Shown: positions 49,545-63,634 of the stretch, piece by piece
Layout: each line of letters opens with the position of its first letter
Position numbering within the stretch: position 1 is the stretch's first letter
From: Enoplolaimus lenunculus
Taxonomy: Eukaryota
Length of the DNA: 64,000 bases
Reading direction: 5' to 3'
Assembly: GCA_030248215.1 (NCBI GenBank)
Contig: JASANG010002125.1
Location: 248,001 to 312,000 of the forward strand
Program-made: the position numbers and the translations under genes
Notes under the pieces: generated by a model
What the model was told of the DNA's origin: nothing
Databases searched by the model: none
What the model saw: only the letters and a program-made list of their open reading frames with translations

Positions 49545-50005
49545 GACTGATATGAAAAATGCTCATATAAACTATTTTAAGCGTATACACTATTCATATT
49601 CTGGCTTTCAATAGCTTAAAGCAAGGGGCTACTTAATGTTTCTGCGGTGCATGCATATTGGTGCCAAAAATCAGGCTACTAGAACTAATCTTTCATTTTC
49701 GATTTTAAATACCTACTTTTGTTTTCAAAACCAAGTTTTGTTTTTTTGGTATGTTTTGAGTCCCCGTTTTAAAACATTTGCAATCAGTTGTACAAAATTC
49801 AAATTCAGAGTATATAATGGTGTGTTGTATTAAAGCTCACCAAAAACTGTGAAATGAACACCAGTGCTGAACGCACGTAAACACTACTTATCAGCTTTGG
49901 AGCAGATGTTAGGCCCTTAATTATACAGGGATCCGCCGACTTTAACCCCTGTTTTGGAAAACTACCGAAAATTATTTTCGTTTTTGGATAACTTTTAGAC
50001 TAGTG

Positions 50006-50212
50006 CACTGCAAAAAATGGTGTCAAGTTGACTGTTTCCGTAACAGACTTTTCGGGACTACACAAACTGAGTCAAATCCGACTCTGCCAGAGTCAAATTC
50101 GACTCAACGAGTCGAATTTGGCATTGACGGAGTCTAATTTGATCCAGTTTGTGTACCAAGTCCGGAAAAGCCTAATTCAGAGGGTCAATTTGACTCACCA
50201 TTTTTTGCAGTG
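50006..50212. mobile_element. Family E MITE
   Basis: Same TIRs. Confidence 0.8.
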
Positions 50213-50914
50213 CACCGTAGCAGGTGTAAAACTGTGTTTGCAGCCAGTTGGCACAACTCAGCTGTCTCTGTTATTGAAAGCGGTCCGCTCTAGTCAAAGG
50301 ACACTTTTAAGGTTTTTCTCATACGATTTTTAACACTCGATAACCTCGCTCGTGTCGATCAAATTGCACAAAACAAGTCTTTATTAAATTAGTATATTTA
50401 ACTTTCGATATGGCGATCGAATTAGAGGCACCCGCAATGCAAGACATTTATTTCCTTCATCTATGATTACCAAAAGCCCATATTGAATCCCCAGTTACAG
50501 GATCTATAATTCTCTCTGAGATTCTTCTTAAATTTTTACAGTTATTTTTGCATACCGTTTTTCATGGTTATAGGCTTAAATTTAACATAGTCTTCAACGC
50601 AACATTGGTCTATAGTATCAATCAAAATCAAAGGAACAAAAAATTAATTGTATATTAACAAAAACCTTCCTATACGGTTAGCTACGAGAACTTACTTATA
50701 GGTACGGTGTTTGTCAAAATTTAAAGATTTTCCGAGACTTACGAAACTTTGCGAATGTCAGTACATTTCACAAAGTTAATATAACTACATAATGTCTTCA
50801 TCTTGATTTTGACAAAAAGGCATTAACGAGGCTCAAACGAAAGAAAATGTTAAATATAAACATGAAGATAAAAGCTTAGTATGCTGAAATAAGAATAAAA
50901 CAATAAGACATATC

Positions 50915-51098
50915 GGTCCATGTATAGAACAGGGTCGGAACAGTAGTATTAGCATATCTTTAAGCCTAAGCCTAAGCCTAACCTAAGGATGAGCCTATTC
51001 CTAAGACTAAGCCTACGCAAAAAAAGTTTGTCTAAATCTTAAACTGACTCTATTACAGCCCAGCGTAAAATGATCCGTCCCTGCTCCATACATGGGCC
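50915..51098 (+). mobile_element. TTAGGC-carrying MITE, family A (8-bp TSD)
   Basis: GGTCCATGTATAGAACAGGG ... CCCTGCTCCATACATGGGCC; perfect TSD GACATATC. Confidence 0.85.
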
Positions 51099-51140
51099 GA
51101 CATATCGATACGGGCTAACCAGTCGTAGTGGGACTACATT

Positions 51141-51690
51141 TATTGAGCGAAGCTCGAACACACGTAAGCAATTAAGGTAATATGCAAATTAGTTATTAGC
51201 TAACTATTCATTTCTCGGTTTTGGAGGTTTGTAAACAATTTATTCAGATTCCTCGCACCCAAAAACCTTCAGTCACCCTAATAATTATTGAAATAATTTA
51301 AAGAGTCCTAATTTTGTCTTGTCAATTAACCTAATATGCAAATTAGGTATTAGCTAGTTATTCAATTATCGGTTTTGGAGGTTTGTAAACAATCTATTCA
51401 GGAAATATTGTAAAAAGTCCTAAGCTAGGCTTAACTAATTATTCAAATTAGCCTGTAGCTAATAAACGGCTTAAAATTTTAAAACCCCAATGCGAGGTTA
51501 GCACCCTAGGATAATAGGCTTTCAAACAAAGAAACGTTTATCAAAATCGGTTCAGTCGTTACTGAAATTCTTTTCGGACGGCAGACGGACAAACGGACGG
51601 ACGGACACCCACCTTTTGACCCCACCTACAAGACATAAAACGCTTCGCGAAACTCCGGCGCTTGGCTCGGAGTTTCGCTTCACTCAATTA
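51141..51690 (+). mobile_element. Helitron/Helentron-associated (HINE/DINE-like) element
   Basis: Inverted ends ATTGAGCGAAGC / GCTTCACTCAAT; 3' hairpin CGAAACTCCG...CGGAGTTTCG; (CGGA/CAGA)n microsatellite; ATCAAAATCGGTTCAGT motif. Confidence 0.55.
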
Positions 51691-53947
51691 GGCACATTTG
51701 AGAATAGGCTAAATAGGAGTTTTGCGGCCATTTTTCCGATTATTAAAAGTCAAACCACCATTAGACGTTTCGGTGCCGAAACAATCTATTTTTCAGTTTT
51801 GACATCCAATTTTCGAGCTGGTTCTGTTGTCGGCATGACATGATATCACAACAGTTGAATTACAATTCCTATTACTCGGCTTTCACACTTACGCTATTCA
51901 GAAAACATTTGTTTCCGTTTCATTGTTTTCATCTTTATATGTTTATAAGTTATTATTTTGTTATTTAACACCCTGATGATGTATGTCATTGCATTTTTTA
52001 TTCAAGGCATTATAGTCTAAACACAAGAATACATTTGTTATCTGCTCAAATTGGCAAATACATCCTATACCCAATCCGATGACACTTGTAATCAATTTGT
52101 GAATTTTATAGCTCATGCCACCACAGCTGGATCAAACCTGAGCATTGAACAGTATTGTTTTTACAACTTTGTCTAATTGTGTAGTAGCTATCACCATCAA
52201 TTGATGATAGGTCTTGGAACATTCAAATCACTGCACGCAAAGCTTCGAAATTTATCCCAAATTTTCAGATTTGATTGAATCTATTTCTGTGCAAAATTTG
52301 ACATTTGCAACCACAACAGTGTTTGTGAGTTTGAAAACCTGTTACCAGCTGGTGATGAATGCTATATACATTTGAGAATACAGGCCATTATTATCAATTA
52401 TGATTATACAAAATATATCGAATCAAGAAGCAATTATAATAAAGTATTTGGCACAACCAAGTGAAGCGAATAAAAACTTAAAGTTGAAAGACTTTATCAC
52501 AATAATAAATGTTGGCTGAGTTTCCGATACTGCAGTTAAATTTAAGTTTATATTTAAATACTTGTTGATCAATTACGTAATTTGTGTTTTTAAAAGCGTA
52601 CTTAGGTTAAGTAAATACTAGAGTCATTAAAAGTACTTTACATGACGATGCTAACAAACAGCAGATACTATTTTCAGCCAAATTAACATTTCTGGTTCAA
52701 CGTACTTCATTTACTCTAACTCGGTTATTTAACTAAGAACAAGAAGCTAAGCATAACTTAAGTACAAACTTACGTATACTATCAGAAACCCAGCCAATAT
52801 GAATAATAATGGCAACAGAGTTGCAGCACCGTTTCCAAAACACATAGGATAGTTTCAATAAGATTGGGTAAGCAATATAACGGCTGGATTTCGTAGTTCA
52901 CCAAGTGCATTATTATTATTATTATTATTATTATTTTTATTATCATTACTATTATTATTTCATAAAAGCCAGTATAATAATATACTTCTTGCAATATTCT
53001 GCTAACTTAAATTCATCAAAATGTTGAATAAACTATTTGCGCTACAAAATGCGACAAAGTTTCTTGAAATTAAACTTTTAAATTTTCAAACTGTAATTAC
53101 AGATTCTAAACATTTTCGAATCGAAATTAAATCTAAAAACGCGTCAAGCTGATTCTGAATACATGCTATGGTTCCAATCCCAATTGTCTACTGAATTTGA
53201 AAATCTTGAACGTTCTTTGAATTCAATCTAGGCATCTGACAAGAAATTGCTGCCAATTTTGGCACAAAAACCGAAAATAACAACCAATGAGAACTTGTAA
53301 CAGTAGAAAACACTATATACTAGAATTGCACAGAAAACGAAATGCAATAATATACTAAATACCAGTATCATAGAATTAGTTTCTATCAAACAATATGCCC
53401 AAAAACCGGGATAAAGTTTATTACACGGCAATTGTAATTGTAGAATGATAGCAATATAACACACAAATCAAAAATTATGTAAGACCCATCAATTTACAGG
53501 CAAAATTACAACAAGTTATAGTGAGTAATACTAAGCTACCGTCAAGAACTCTTACATCTTTTCGCCCGATGTACGTTGAAGTACCCGGTTTCGGTTGCAT
53601 CTCTGGTGCTTTTGGGTATCCAGTCGCATCATGAGAGTTGATTTGACAGAACGCAAAAACACCATCACGTTAGTTTATCATTGTCCGAAGTCTAAACCTG
53701 TGGCAAAACCAAATCCTCAACCTAACCTAAACACAAGTCTGTTTTATTATTCCAGTCATTATTGTCTGCAGAGATCTATTTTTGCAGGCAATCAAACAAG
53801 TATGTAGACAGGAAAACACAGTACAAAGATACGTATACGTAACACACAAGTATGGAGTCGAATCACGAGTAAAACGAAATATAAATAAATAAATAAATAA
53901 ATGTATAAACATTTGTGAGTGTAGCGAAAGTAAAAATTTCCACAACT

Positions 53948-56900
53948 TTAAAGCACTTCACTACGTCCCATATCAGTCCAAGACAATATATTTTGCGGTC
54001 CATGAACGAAATTGCTGTCTTCAGTAGTAGTTTGAATATAGTATTCAATTGATTTTGCGTAAAATCGACTGTAACTATTATCAAAGTGAACCAAATCTAT
54101 AAATCGCGACCACAATCGTTGTATACTTATGAACAAAAATAACAATACCAAAATAAGTAACATCTAATGCTTAATTACAAATAAACCCTTTACCAAAATG
54201 AAGTGTACATAATACAAGCCTGCCAGGGCTGTAAAGACCTGCACAATCACTTTACATATTTTGGACCATATAAGCTTGACTGCCCGACATGCAGATATTA
54301 ATTTACTGTACAAGGCAATATTGAAATTAGAACTTCAATAAGTAAAATTGTGAATAATGTACGGACGGAACTTTAACACAGAATTTATACACAGAGGTAT
54401 ACTCTTTTGTTTCAATCCTTCAAAACAATAAACAACATTCGAACGAGTTTAGAAAACCGCCAATTTATAAAAAATTAAAAATGTATTTTAAAACTTACAT
54501 GTACCCGGATCGTCTAAAACAATTTCATGATGTTCTGGCGTTGGATGTCCAAGTAGACGGAAATAAGGTTCAACATAACGCATATCTTCGAGTTGTTGTT
54601 TTGGATTGTCCTGTTTGTATATGGCAAATCCAAGATCACCGGATGACAATTTCCAAAAATATCTGTAACGACCAAAGCTATAAGCTTACATTTTAAAATA
54701 AAAAATTATAATCACGCACAAAGGACGATGTCGCTCAGAAGGGTGGCCTGTGGGGCTACACACTCCGAAACGGTTGTTAGACACTTGATTTTTACTGGAA
54801 AAAATTAAACGACTGTTCAAACAAAATGAAATTTATTAACAGGTAACCTCCTCTGTAATCAAATCCTGCGACAGTCGTCAGTGTCATAGTGTACTAATAC
54901 GTAGTCTGTAAACGGAACAAATCACTTAAAATATGAACAAAAATTCACTCAATAAGCGAACCAGATTTTGTTTTAATTCATATTTTAACGAAATGCCATT
55001 ACATTCGTTTCAACATCAAAGTATAAATATCCTACCTTTTGCCCCATTATTGGTATTTCAGTTCAAATCATGTTGAAGTTAACTAAATGCAAACTAACCA
55101 AAGTTTTATTTTTTAATAAAAAACGGGCAATCAATAATGTACAATATACCCGGTTTCATACCACATATTTACTGCCTCTAAATGCTACGCTATTGTGCAA
55201 CTTCTACTTACAACAGTTTTGTTTTGGGCTTGTCAGTCACAACCTTGATCATAAGCTCTCCACCGCGAGATATACGTTTCGAAGTAAGCTTAGCAGCGCC
55301 AGGAAGAAACTCCTGTTCATCAAATGTCAAATACGCTGGCACTTCGCCGCCGTAACAAATCTAAAACTCAATACTATTGTTGTGGGTTTCAATAATTTCA
55401 ACACTAACACAACAGCAAGAAGGGTTTAATGCAACAGGAAGACCTCTTGAAAACATATGAATTCTAATTTTTAATGAAAGAAAGTTTTGAAAAAAAAAAC
55501 AAAAAAGAAGCTTTCAAGTTACAGATTCAGTTTGCCAACTCGTTCAATTTGGTCAATACGCTATCAAATTAAAAACCTAATGCGCGATTTTATAAAGTTG
55601 ATAAAAACTTGATGATAAAACCTGCAAAAATTAGCATAAATGCACTTGATCCTCTAAATTATTTCAAACTGATGTTTACCTAAAATTCGTAAAGAAAATA
55701 ATATTTTTAAAATTTCCGTCAGCTGGTTCTAGCAATAAGACGCCATACCAAGATTGGTTTTGAAACTTACCCTGTGCGCACACTTTAGATCATTGTTTGG
55801 TCCTTTTGCCAGGCCGCCATAATGCACTGGAAGCTCAACTTCATGAATTTCTGATCTCAAAGCAGGGATCCAGCCAGAATCTAACAATCACAAAAAAGAA
55901 TTAAAATTTTTCAAAATCATTCCAAAGTTCAAAATTCAAATATTTTCTTTTCATGATTAGCAAATGGGGCGGCGCTCAAAATAGACATAAGCGGCCAATT
56001 TACAGGATGCTATTGGATGTAAAAAGATAACGCGTATCGGTCAGCATAGGTTATTTCGCTTTGCTGCTTGAGAGAGTACAAGACAAGACAGTGAATAGGC
56101 ACAAACCGACATAGGATTATATCAAACTAGAACCACAGCCGTATGTTAATTTTTTGCCGAAGCTACAGCAATTTGCGTCCTGGAACAAAACTAAAAGACA
56201 GCTTAACTGTGGCCAATCCAGCTGAAGTAAGAGCACGCAACAGTAAAACTGCCTGAGCTGAAATGTTTTAATTACTGTCACGTCACATATTCTACAATGA
56301 CACTAACTTCCGAAGACACTAATTTTTTTCACCGTTCTTTCGTCAAGCATTGGACTGACTATTTTGTAGATGATCGGAAATATTGCAGGAGCTGAAATAT
56401 GAACAGCTACACATTACGTTGTGTATCATCCTCTGCTGCCTAAGGTGTAATCCAATTTTTCTCAGCAGTAAAGCTAAGAAAGAATATCTACATATAATCG
56501 GAAGCAAGGTACGACCGAATACTATTTTACCGGATACAAGGATCGGACATTAACCGGATAAAGCATTTAAGTTTTGTCCACTGTTGGAACTATTTGAGTC
56601 GCACAGATGTATAATTTGATTAAATATATGTAATTGTTAGCTTTTATTTTTCATTTTACTTCGATGTGAAAAACTTAAACTTCTTAATTTTCCCGGAAAT
56701 ACAATCACACCAAAATTTCAATACGTATCTGCTCGTAAAGCACTTTTATGATATTCGAAACCAAAACCGTAATTATCCTGTATTCGACGCCGACAGGTTT
56801 TGGTTTACAACAGATACCGTAGCCGAATTCCAGTTTTTGTAGGGTACCAGAACCGGACACACGGTGGCTCCCAAACTAAAAGCACAGTTATTTCACTTTT

Positions 56901-59900
56901 ATTCCACCGACAGTTTTCCAGAATATGACTTTACTCGTTTAAAGCTACTAACCCTCATAAGTTGTTTCTTAACACTGCTAGCATTACATACACCAATAAT
57001 ACATTACATTCAGTACACGAACTAAATAGCATAAACATCGCGTCAGACACGTTTCCTGTTCTAAACGTGCATCGCTTTCTGTCAATTTAGTACACTTTCT
57101 CCGCAACATAAAAAGCTTACAACATTATTCCACAGCACATACTTAAAACCAAAATATGAAGAGCAAACACTACTTACAGTTCGAAATAAAACTCTGTATA
57201 AACAAGTTCAAAAATACGCGTTGCACAATATAAGGATGTATGTAGCGAAAATGCAAATACTGACAAGGCGTCAGATGTTATGCTTATTTAAACTCAAGCC
57301 ACAAATGTATTAATTTTTATATTCATTTGGCAGGTTAATGCACTGTCCACTCTCCTATAAAATTTTTTACCCATACATGGTTGGTGTAAAATTTCCACTA
57401 ACGACAAAAACTTTTCGAACAGCGCACTGGGATATCTTTTGGTTGCTGGCGAGAAGAAGTCAAGTATTGCAATGCCTAGGAGACGAAATATGGGGGAAGT
57501 AATAATTTTTGTGCTTTAAAATTCTTGTTTTGCTCTTTGCACCTTCGAAATGTGTCTATCGTATACGGATTTGGATACATCAACTTCTTGTGCAGATCAG
57601 TTATACCGATCTCGTATCATGCCGATGGAGGGATTATAAATCATTCATTGAAAACTGTTTTTTGGTTTTTCCTGAACAGAGCTGATTTTTAAAAGGAAAA
57701 ACGTAAGTAATAAAAAAATTATGGGACCGCCACTGCATACTAAGGAGTGTGATCAATTAATTACCCAACAAGCCGAAAAATAAAAGGAGATTGCAAAACT
57801 CACCATTAATAATAAAGATTTTGTACACAAACTCTGGGTAATGCTTTTCAAGCAATGCAGCTATCTGAAGCAAATGTACAGAGACAAACTAAACCCCAAA
57901 CTTTTCCACACTCCAAATTAACAAAACATCTGGTAACAACTATAAAGTGCACAATAATTATTGTTGTTAAGCAATCACTTTGAGCTAAAAAAGTTTGCGC
58001 TCTGTGAACGGAAATACATTAACATAAAAAATTCTGGATACCAGACAAAACAATGCTAAAAGTTTTGCAGAATTTTTTAAGTGTTCGTTCCTGGGCTACA
58101 ATTATCTAACCTGGCTAAAAACGTCCAAACCAGGTTTCCACAGATGTTTTGTTGAAATACCATCGAGATCAAGTAAATACATTATTTTATTCACAGGACG
58201 ATTGAGCTGAAATAGCCGGTTTTAGAAATTAAAAAATCAAACCAATGCAAAATCGCAGTCACACCTACGATTGAGCTCAGCTTCTCAATGTGCTAAATCA
58301 AACATGAATATGCCCTTCAGGGCATACTACGTACTTGTACTCCAGAATTAAATGCGTACCGTACGCGGAACTATTCAACGAATTACACAGCTAGGATGAT
58401 GGCCTGAAACTAAATTAGTAAGAAATTTAATTTTGTCTTCACACGATTTAAATTTTTTTCTGCGTCTTACAATAATTCAAACGATACTTTTCAGAATGGT
58501 CTTTCAAATCCATCACTTGCCTTTAAGCTTTGTTCTTTGCACTTCCATCGCTTTGATTCAATGAAGAAAAAAACATCTTTCAGTACCCTTCCACAACATG
58601 TATTTCGCAAAATGCCTGAAAATAAGCAAAGCAGAATATTTTCACATTACAAACGGTCTACGAACAAAAACAGAAATTCAAACAAACCTATTTAAAAATT
58701 CTATTGAAGCAGTTCGGTAATCGCACAGTTTTAGTACCTGCTTCGAAAACACAAAAGCCAAATGCATTAGTGTCGAAAAAAAATATCTACGTGACATTAC
58801 ACTCAGACACAATAATTGCTGTGAAAAACAAGACATTTAGAATGGTTGGTCACCGTTTAACATAAAGATACTGAGACTAAAATGTCTTCGGCTGTGTTAT
58901 TTTTGAGCTTAGAGGTTTTCGACTTAGTAAAAACAGAATTAAGCTATTCATTTTACCATTTTGTTCAATTTTCCGCCATTTAGATACTGCGAAATTTATG
59001 CTCCGTTGTAACAAGCATTCGTACCCAAATTTATATTGTTTTCAACCAAAGGAGCAAGCCAGTTTTCAGCCAAAAATCTATTTTAATAATATATACTTCA
59101 ATTGTCAAGCTTAATCGGTCATCTGGTTTCGGAGTATTAGTCTGGTTTTACAAGCCTATTGAAACTCAAAGCGAGACCAAGAAAACTGATAACAGACATC
59201 GAGACTCCCAACAAGCATTCGTACCCAAATTTATATTGTTTTCAACCAAAGGAGCAAGCCAGTTTTCAGCCAAAAATCTATTTTAATAATATATACTTCA
59301 ATTGTCAAGCTTAATCGGTCATCTGGTTTCGGAGTATTAGTCTGGTTTTACAAGCCTATTGAAACTCAAAGCGAGACCAAGAAAACTGATAACAGACACC
59401 GAGAGTCCCAGCCATAGTACCATAGTAACAAAAACTGTATTACCCTGAGGATCAATGCCGCCAGCAGCTAGCAACGCAACAGGTGATCCATCTTTTGTGT
59501 GCGCAAAATCGCTAAGAGGATAATATTTCTGAGTCACCTGAAAACATACAACACCTAATGCATACGTAACTACAAATATAGCCACAATATAACAGAATAT
59601 AACCAATGTATATTACGTAGTTACGTATTGTGCACCGATATGCTCGTTTAGTCTGTATCGGTGATTTGGGAACTGATATCAAAATCAGTAATTTTGAAAG
59701 CATACCTATCTCGTTGACAATATTCCGTAAGATTTTCACAAAAAAGAATTAAAAAGTAAACTAGGTTTTTAATTCAGCAATACGAATGCGTATAAACTCA
59801 CGGGATGTACTTGATAATCTCGAAAACTCGGCTCGTCCATTTTTAAAGCATCTCGCGCGCGAAGGTGCTAGAAAAAAACAAACTTTTCATCAGCCAGAAG

Positions 59901-61650
59901 CGATAACTTGCGCATGATATCACTCAAATCAACTGCCACACTATGACCAACTATGCAATGTTTAATTTTAGTTTTATTTTGATTGAAATACTTGACGCCA
60001 TAACACCCAAATTGTTCAAAGATAATCTTTTCACCAAAGTGTACTGTACAGTGACAATTAACAGATAATAATCAACGTTTTCGAACTATAAATATAGTGA
60101 AGACATTTTATAATTGTTTTGCCAACGTACATCCCACAGAAATTACAATAAACTAAATCTACCTCTTTGAGCATAGCTTCTGCTTTTCGTACGTCGTAAT
60201 ATCTCGCTGAAAGCAAAATAAAACCACTACTAATCAGTGTAGAGAGAAATAACTGCAGCTGAAACTTGAGCTGTCTCTGTGAAGAGATACCTTAAAAAAA
60301 GAGTTGGACCGATTAGTCGGCATAGATAACTATAATATCGTCACATTTGTGAGTATTAATATAGAACTGCAAAAAATGCCGAATGTTTGCAGATACTTTC
60401 TGCCCTTAACCTAACAGTAAGTTCGAATGCTATAAACTTCAATAGTTTACGTATATCAGTGCGTCTGATCAGAGAAACTGTCATTATATTCCAGCAGCTC
60501 TTTTTAAGACGTTCCTGGACCTTTGAGTAATAGTTTACCAATCAATCTAGACTGAGGTCAAAGCTACCAAAATTTATATAAGTAAAATGTCGAGTTGATA
60601 ACATAAATAAAATGAGAAATGTTATGTTTGGTAATCGTAACACAAGTACGTACATCTACGTAGGTTATTCATTACTTAAAGAACCCCGTTGGTCTAACTT
60701 CTTTCTTTTTCAGTTTGCTTTTACGTACGACATAAGAGATTTGACTTAAGAAATGTCGGAAGTGTTTTGTCTCACGTTTATTTCACAAAGGTAGCAGGGT
60801 GCAACCATCTGATGAATTTTTAGACTATTCAATTTTGGTGCAGTACGTATATAGTTATTCAGCATGTAGGCGCGAGATACAAAAATCATTAAGCTAGTTT
60901 TGCTTATAAATAACCTTATTCCGGGTATTTCGTAATACCCTGACCCGGAACGGTTTGTTCTGAAAACCAGAACCCGGATCCGAAAAGAAAATTTTTCGGC
61001 AAAAAAACCTGCAATTAACGGAAAATTAAGAGCCGTTCCCGGATGCAACTGTACATCACTATTCACTATAAATAACATAAAGTTTGAACCGCTATGCGAA
61101 ACCGATTGGGGTTTTGGAGCCATTTTGGTAACGTTTGTATTTTGTTTTTCCAGGCATTCTACAAAATGCAGTTGATATTTTACTGTGCTAGATAGAATTA
61201 AGAAGTTGCGATTGTGTATTTCGAAGAGCATTTTACTCGCACAGCATCTTGTGAAACGGTTGCCGAAATGCCGTACCCCGTATCCATGTTCGCATAAAGC
61301 TATCATCCCCAAGATAAGGCTTCTTCAATACGTCGCATCTGAATCGATCCTTCAGCTAAAACATAAAAACAGACAAGGATAAAATTTTTATTTTTAAGTT
61401 CGCTGGATTTGAATGCGACGAAGTTTAAATTGGGTACATTGAATTAAGATAAGCTCCACGTGCAGGCATAATTAATGTACGTATATATACTGATTGGAAA
61501 AAATTATCACTATATGGCCCAATATATGAGTGAGTCATAGCTTTTTAGTGTACCTACACATTTTGAACAAAATTAAATATATAAACAACAGACCTCTTTT
61601 AAGGAAGTTTCTTCTTTTGAAATGTTATTGTTTTCGTCTGCTTCTGCCAT
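53948..61650 (-). CDS. SEC14-like lipid-binding protein (CRAL-TRIO N + CRAL-TRIO + GOLD; SEC14L2-type architecture), 13 coding exons
   Basis: Exons: 61650-61594, 61355-61277, 60206-60163, 59867-59802, 59537-59444, 58615-58521, 58206-58111, 57864-57804, 56391-56308, 55880-55771, 55360-55212, 54662-54499, 54096-53948. They splice in phase to give DDSFMRTWIRARYYDVRKAEAMLKE, KDGSPV, LLDLDGISTKHLWKPG, EKHYPEFVYKIFIINAPAIFP, LPVHYGG, ICYGGEVP, SGDLGFAIY and PGTYLVHFDNSYS, all typical SEC14L motifs. Confidence 0.95.
59010..59409. repeat. Near-perfect 199-bp tandem duplication in a SEC14L intron
   Basis: AACAAGCATTCGTACCC...GAGA(C/G)TCCCA repeated at about 59010 and 59209. Confidence 0.9.
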
Positions 61651-62015
61651 TATAAAGCTCAGTACACTACGAGTTATCAAAAACTAGGGTCTGAAATATG
61701 TACACACGAATATGCGGCAGACACTTATCGGACATTCGCCGTAACCGTCAGACTGGCGCTTCAACGTTTAAGTCTTGAGTGGGGTAGGGATTTTACAAAT
61801 AAAATAACGTGATGTTGATTTAAACAAAAAACATGAGCTGGCCAAACCTGATAATTACGACACTGATCATAACAACACACTTTTTTGGCCATTAAAAACA
61901 CACCACATACATTTCGAATGCTTTGAAAACTTAACAAATATAAGAGTATGAAGCTACGGAGGTCCGTTACTAATAAAATCACAATAACATTTTATATCCT
62001 CAAAAACATAATTAA

Positions 62016-62993
62016 AGCCCTGTTCAATAGTGCAGGTTTTGCAGCAAAAACTCGCACTTGCAACTTGCATCTGCAAGTTTGAACAAATCAAACAACTTTG
62101 AAGTTTTCTATAAGTAATTAACAAAAATCACGCCATTAACTTAGTTCGCGCATGTTAACCCAGTACCAAATCGACTGAATTTATTGCAGCAGCATTTTGA
62201 TTAGCGAATCAAGAAATTGTGTTGACTTGTTTGATAATTTGCAGGCCATGACTACGGTGACTGGGCTAGCTTTCATCTACTGACCACTAACAAATTAGTT
62301 GCCCCGGAGTCAGAATTTTTACCGGGGTCGGGACCGGGGCTGAAACTAAGGCCCCGATTGCGGAGCCGGTACAAACCGGGCCAACGTATATGCGGCGGCT
62401 AAAAGTGCAAAATCTATATATTGTGTATTGTGTGCAGCAAACCGTGGGAAATTAAAAAATACCGGTGTGCAGTATATAATTTCTTGTGATTTTCACATTT
62501 TTGTAACGAGAACAAAGTCAATTAAGAATCGTTATAAAACTAGTCCCGGTTAGGCCGCAACAAATAACGTGCTGGCCCCGGCCACGGTGCATATATAATA
62601 CAAATTCTATAATTTGCAAGCGTTTTCAGCCCAAGAAATTACGAGTAAAGCGAAAGCCTTCATTCCGCGTGATTCTTGAACCTGCAAATTTTGCTAGAAC
62701 ATTTGTTTAGAGAACTTACACATACAACTTATTCTGGATGCAATATGCACAATGAATTAGTTCATGTTTCAGCAACCTTACAAGCCGTTGTAACTTAATA
62801 TCAATGTCTGAACAGATAATCTACCTGCTTACACTTGATATTTTGTGCACTTCTCTGCAAATTATTCCTATTATTTTATGAAAAGGTTCAGAATGAAAAT
62901 AGGATTTCTTTGCAAAAATTTGCAGCTGAAATTTAATCGTGCAAATTGCAGCTGCGAAGTTTCGCTGCAAAACTTGCACGTGTAAACAGGACT
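62016..62993. mobile_element. Same family as 1294-1760, probably with a nested insertion at about 62240-62590
   Basis: AAGCCCTGTTCAATAGTGCAGGTTTTGCAGC ... GCTGCAAAACTTGCACGTGTAAACAGGACTT. Confidence 0.6.
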
Positions 62994-63634
62994 TAACACA
63001 ATTTCAACTTTAAAATAGAAAAACACGCATAACACTAGAAAAGTAAAACGGTAGTTTGAACCTGTATCGCAAAGTTGTACTATTGCACTTCCAAGTTTCC
63101 ATAAAATCTGCCTAATATTATACGTAAGGCCCATCCAACATTACAGGGTACTTCCTCGCACCCACCTAAAAACTAACTAGCTAAATATTTATTCTAAAAC
63201 ATTTTATTCTATCAAAAATTCGCGAGGTTTCTATTCAATTGGGTGTTACCTTACCTGAAAAACCTATTCCAAGCTAACGCAGTTAATTTAACCGAATAAT
63301 GAAAAAACTGATACAAATCTAAGCTGCCAGTTACTTTATTGTAGTAAAAAAGATTGAGATAAATTAACGCTATTGAACTGTCTCATGGCCTTCTATACTT
63401 AATGTCACTCACACGTTATAATGCGTGCGCTCCGCACTTGCAGCGACCGTACCGCTTTGAACAGACAGTATACATGTCCATATCGTTTACAAAAAGCAAC
63501 TTTCTTCGAATCACTTGCGGCACAAACTGATGGACATTTACGCGTTTTCGGCAACGATGTAGCCGACAAATTCATAATCCGGAAACAGTATGCAGACTTT
63601 TTTCATTTTGCACGAAATTGAAACTGTGAGGGAG

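Noticed and set aside
60746..61312. 188-aa ORF, and a candidate exon NAWKNKIQTLPKWLQNPNR inside it
   Set aside because: It is out of frame with the real SEC14L exon and mostly intronic; the SEC14L model is complete without it.
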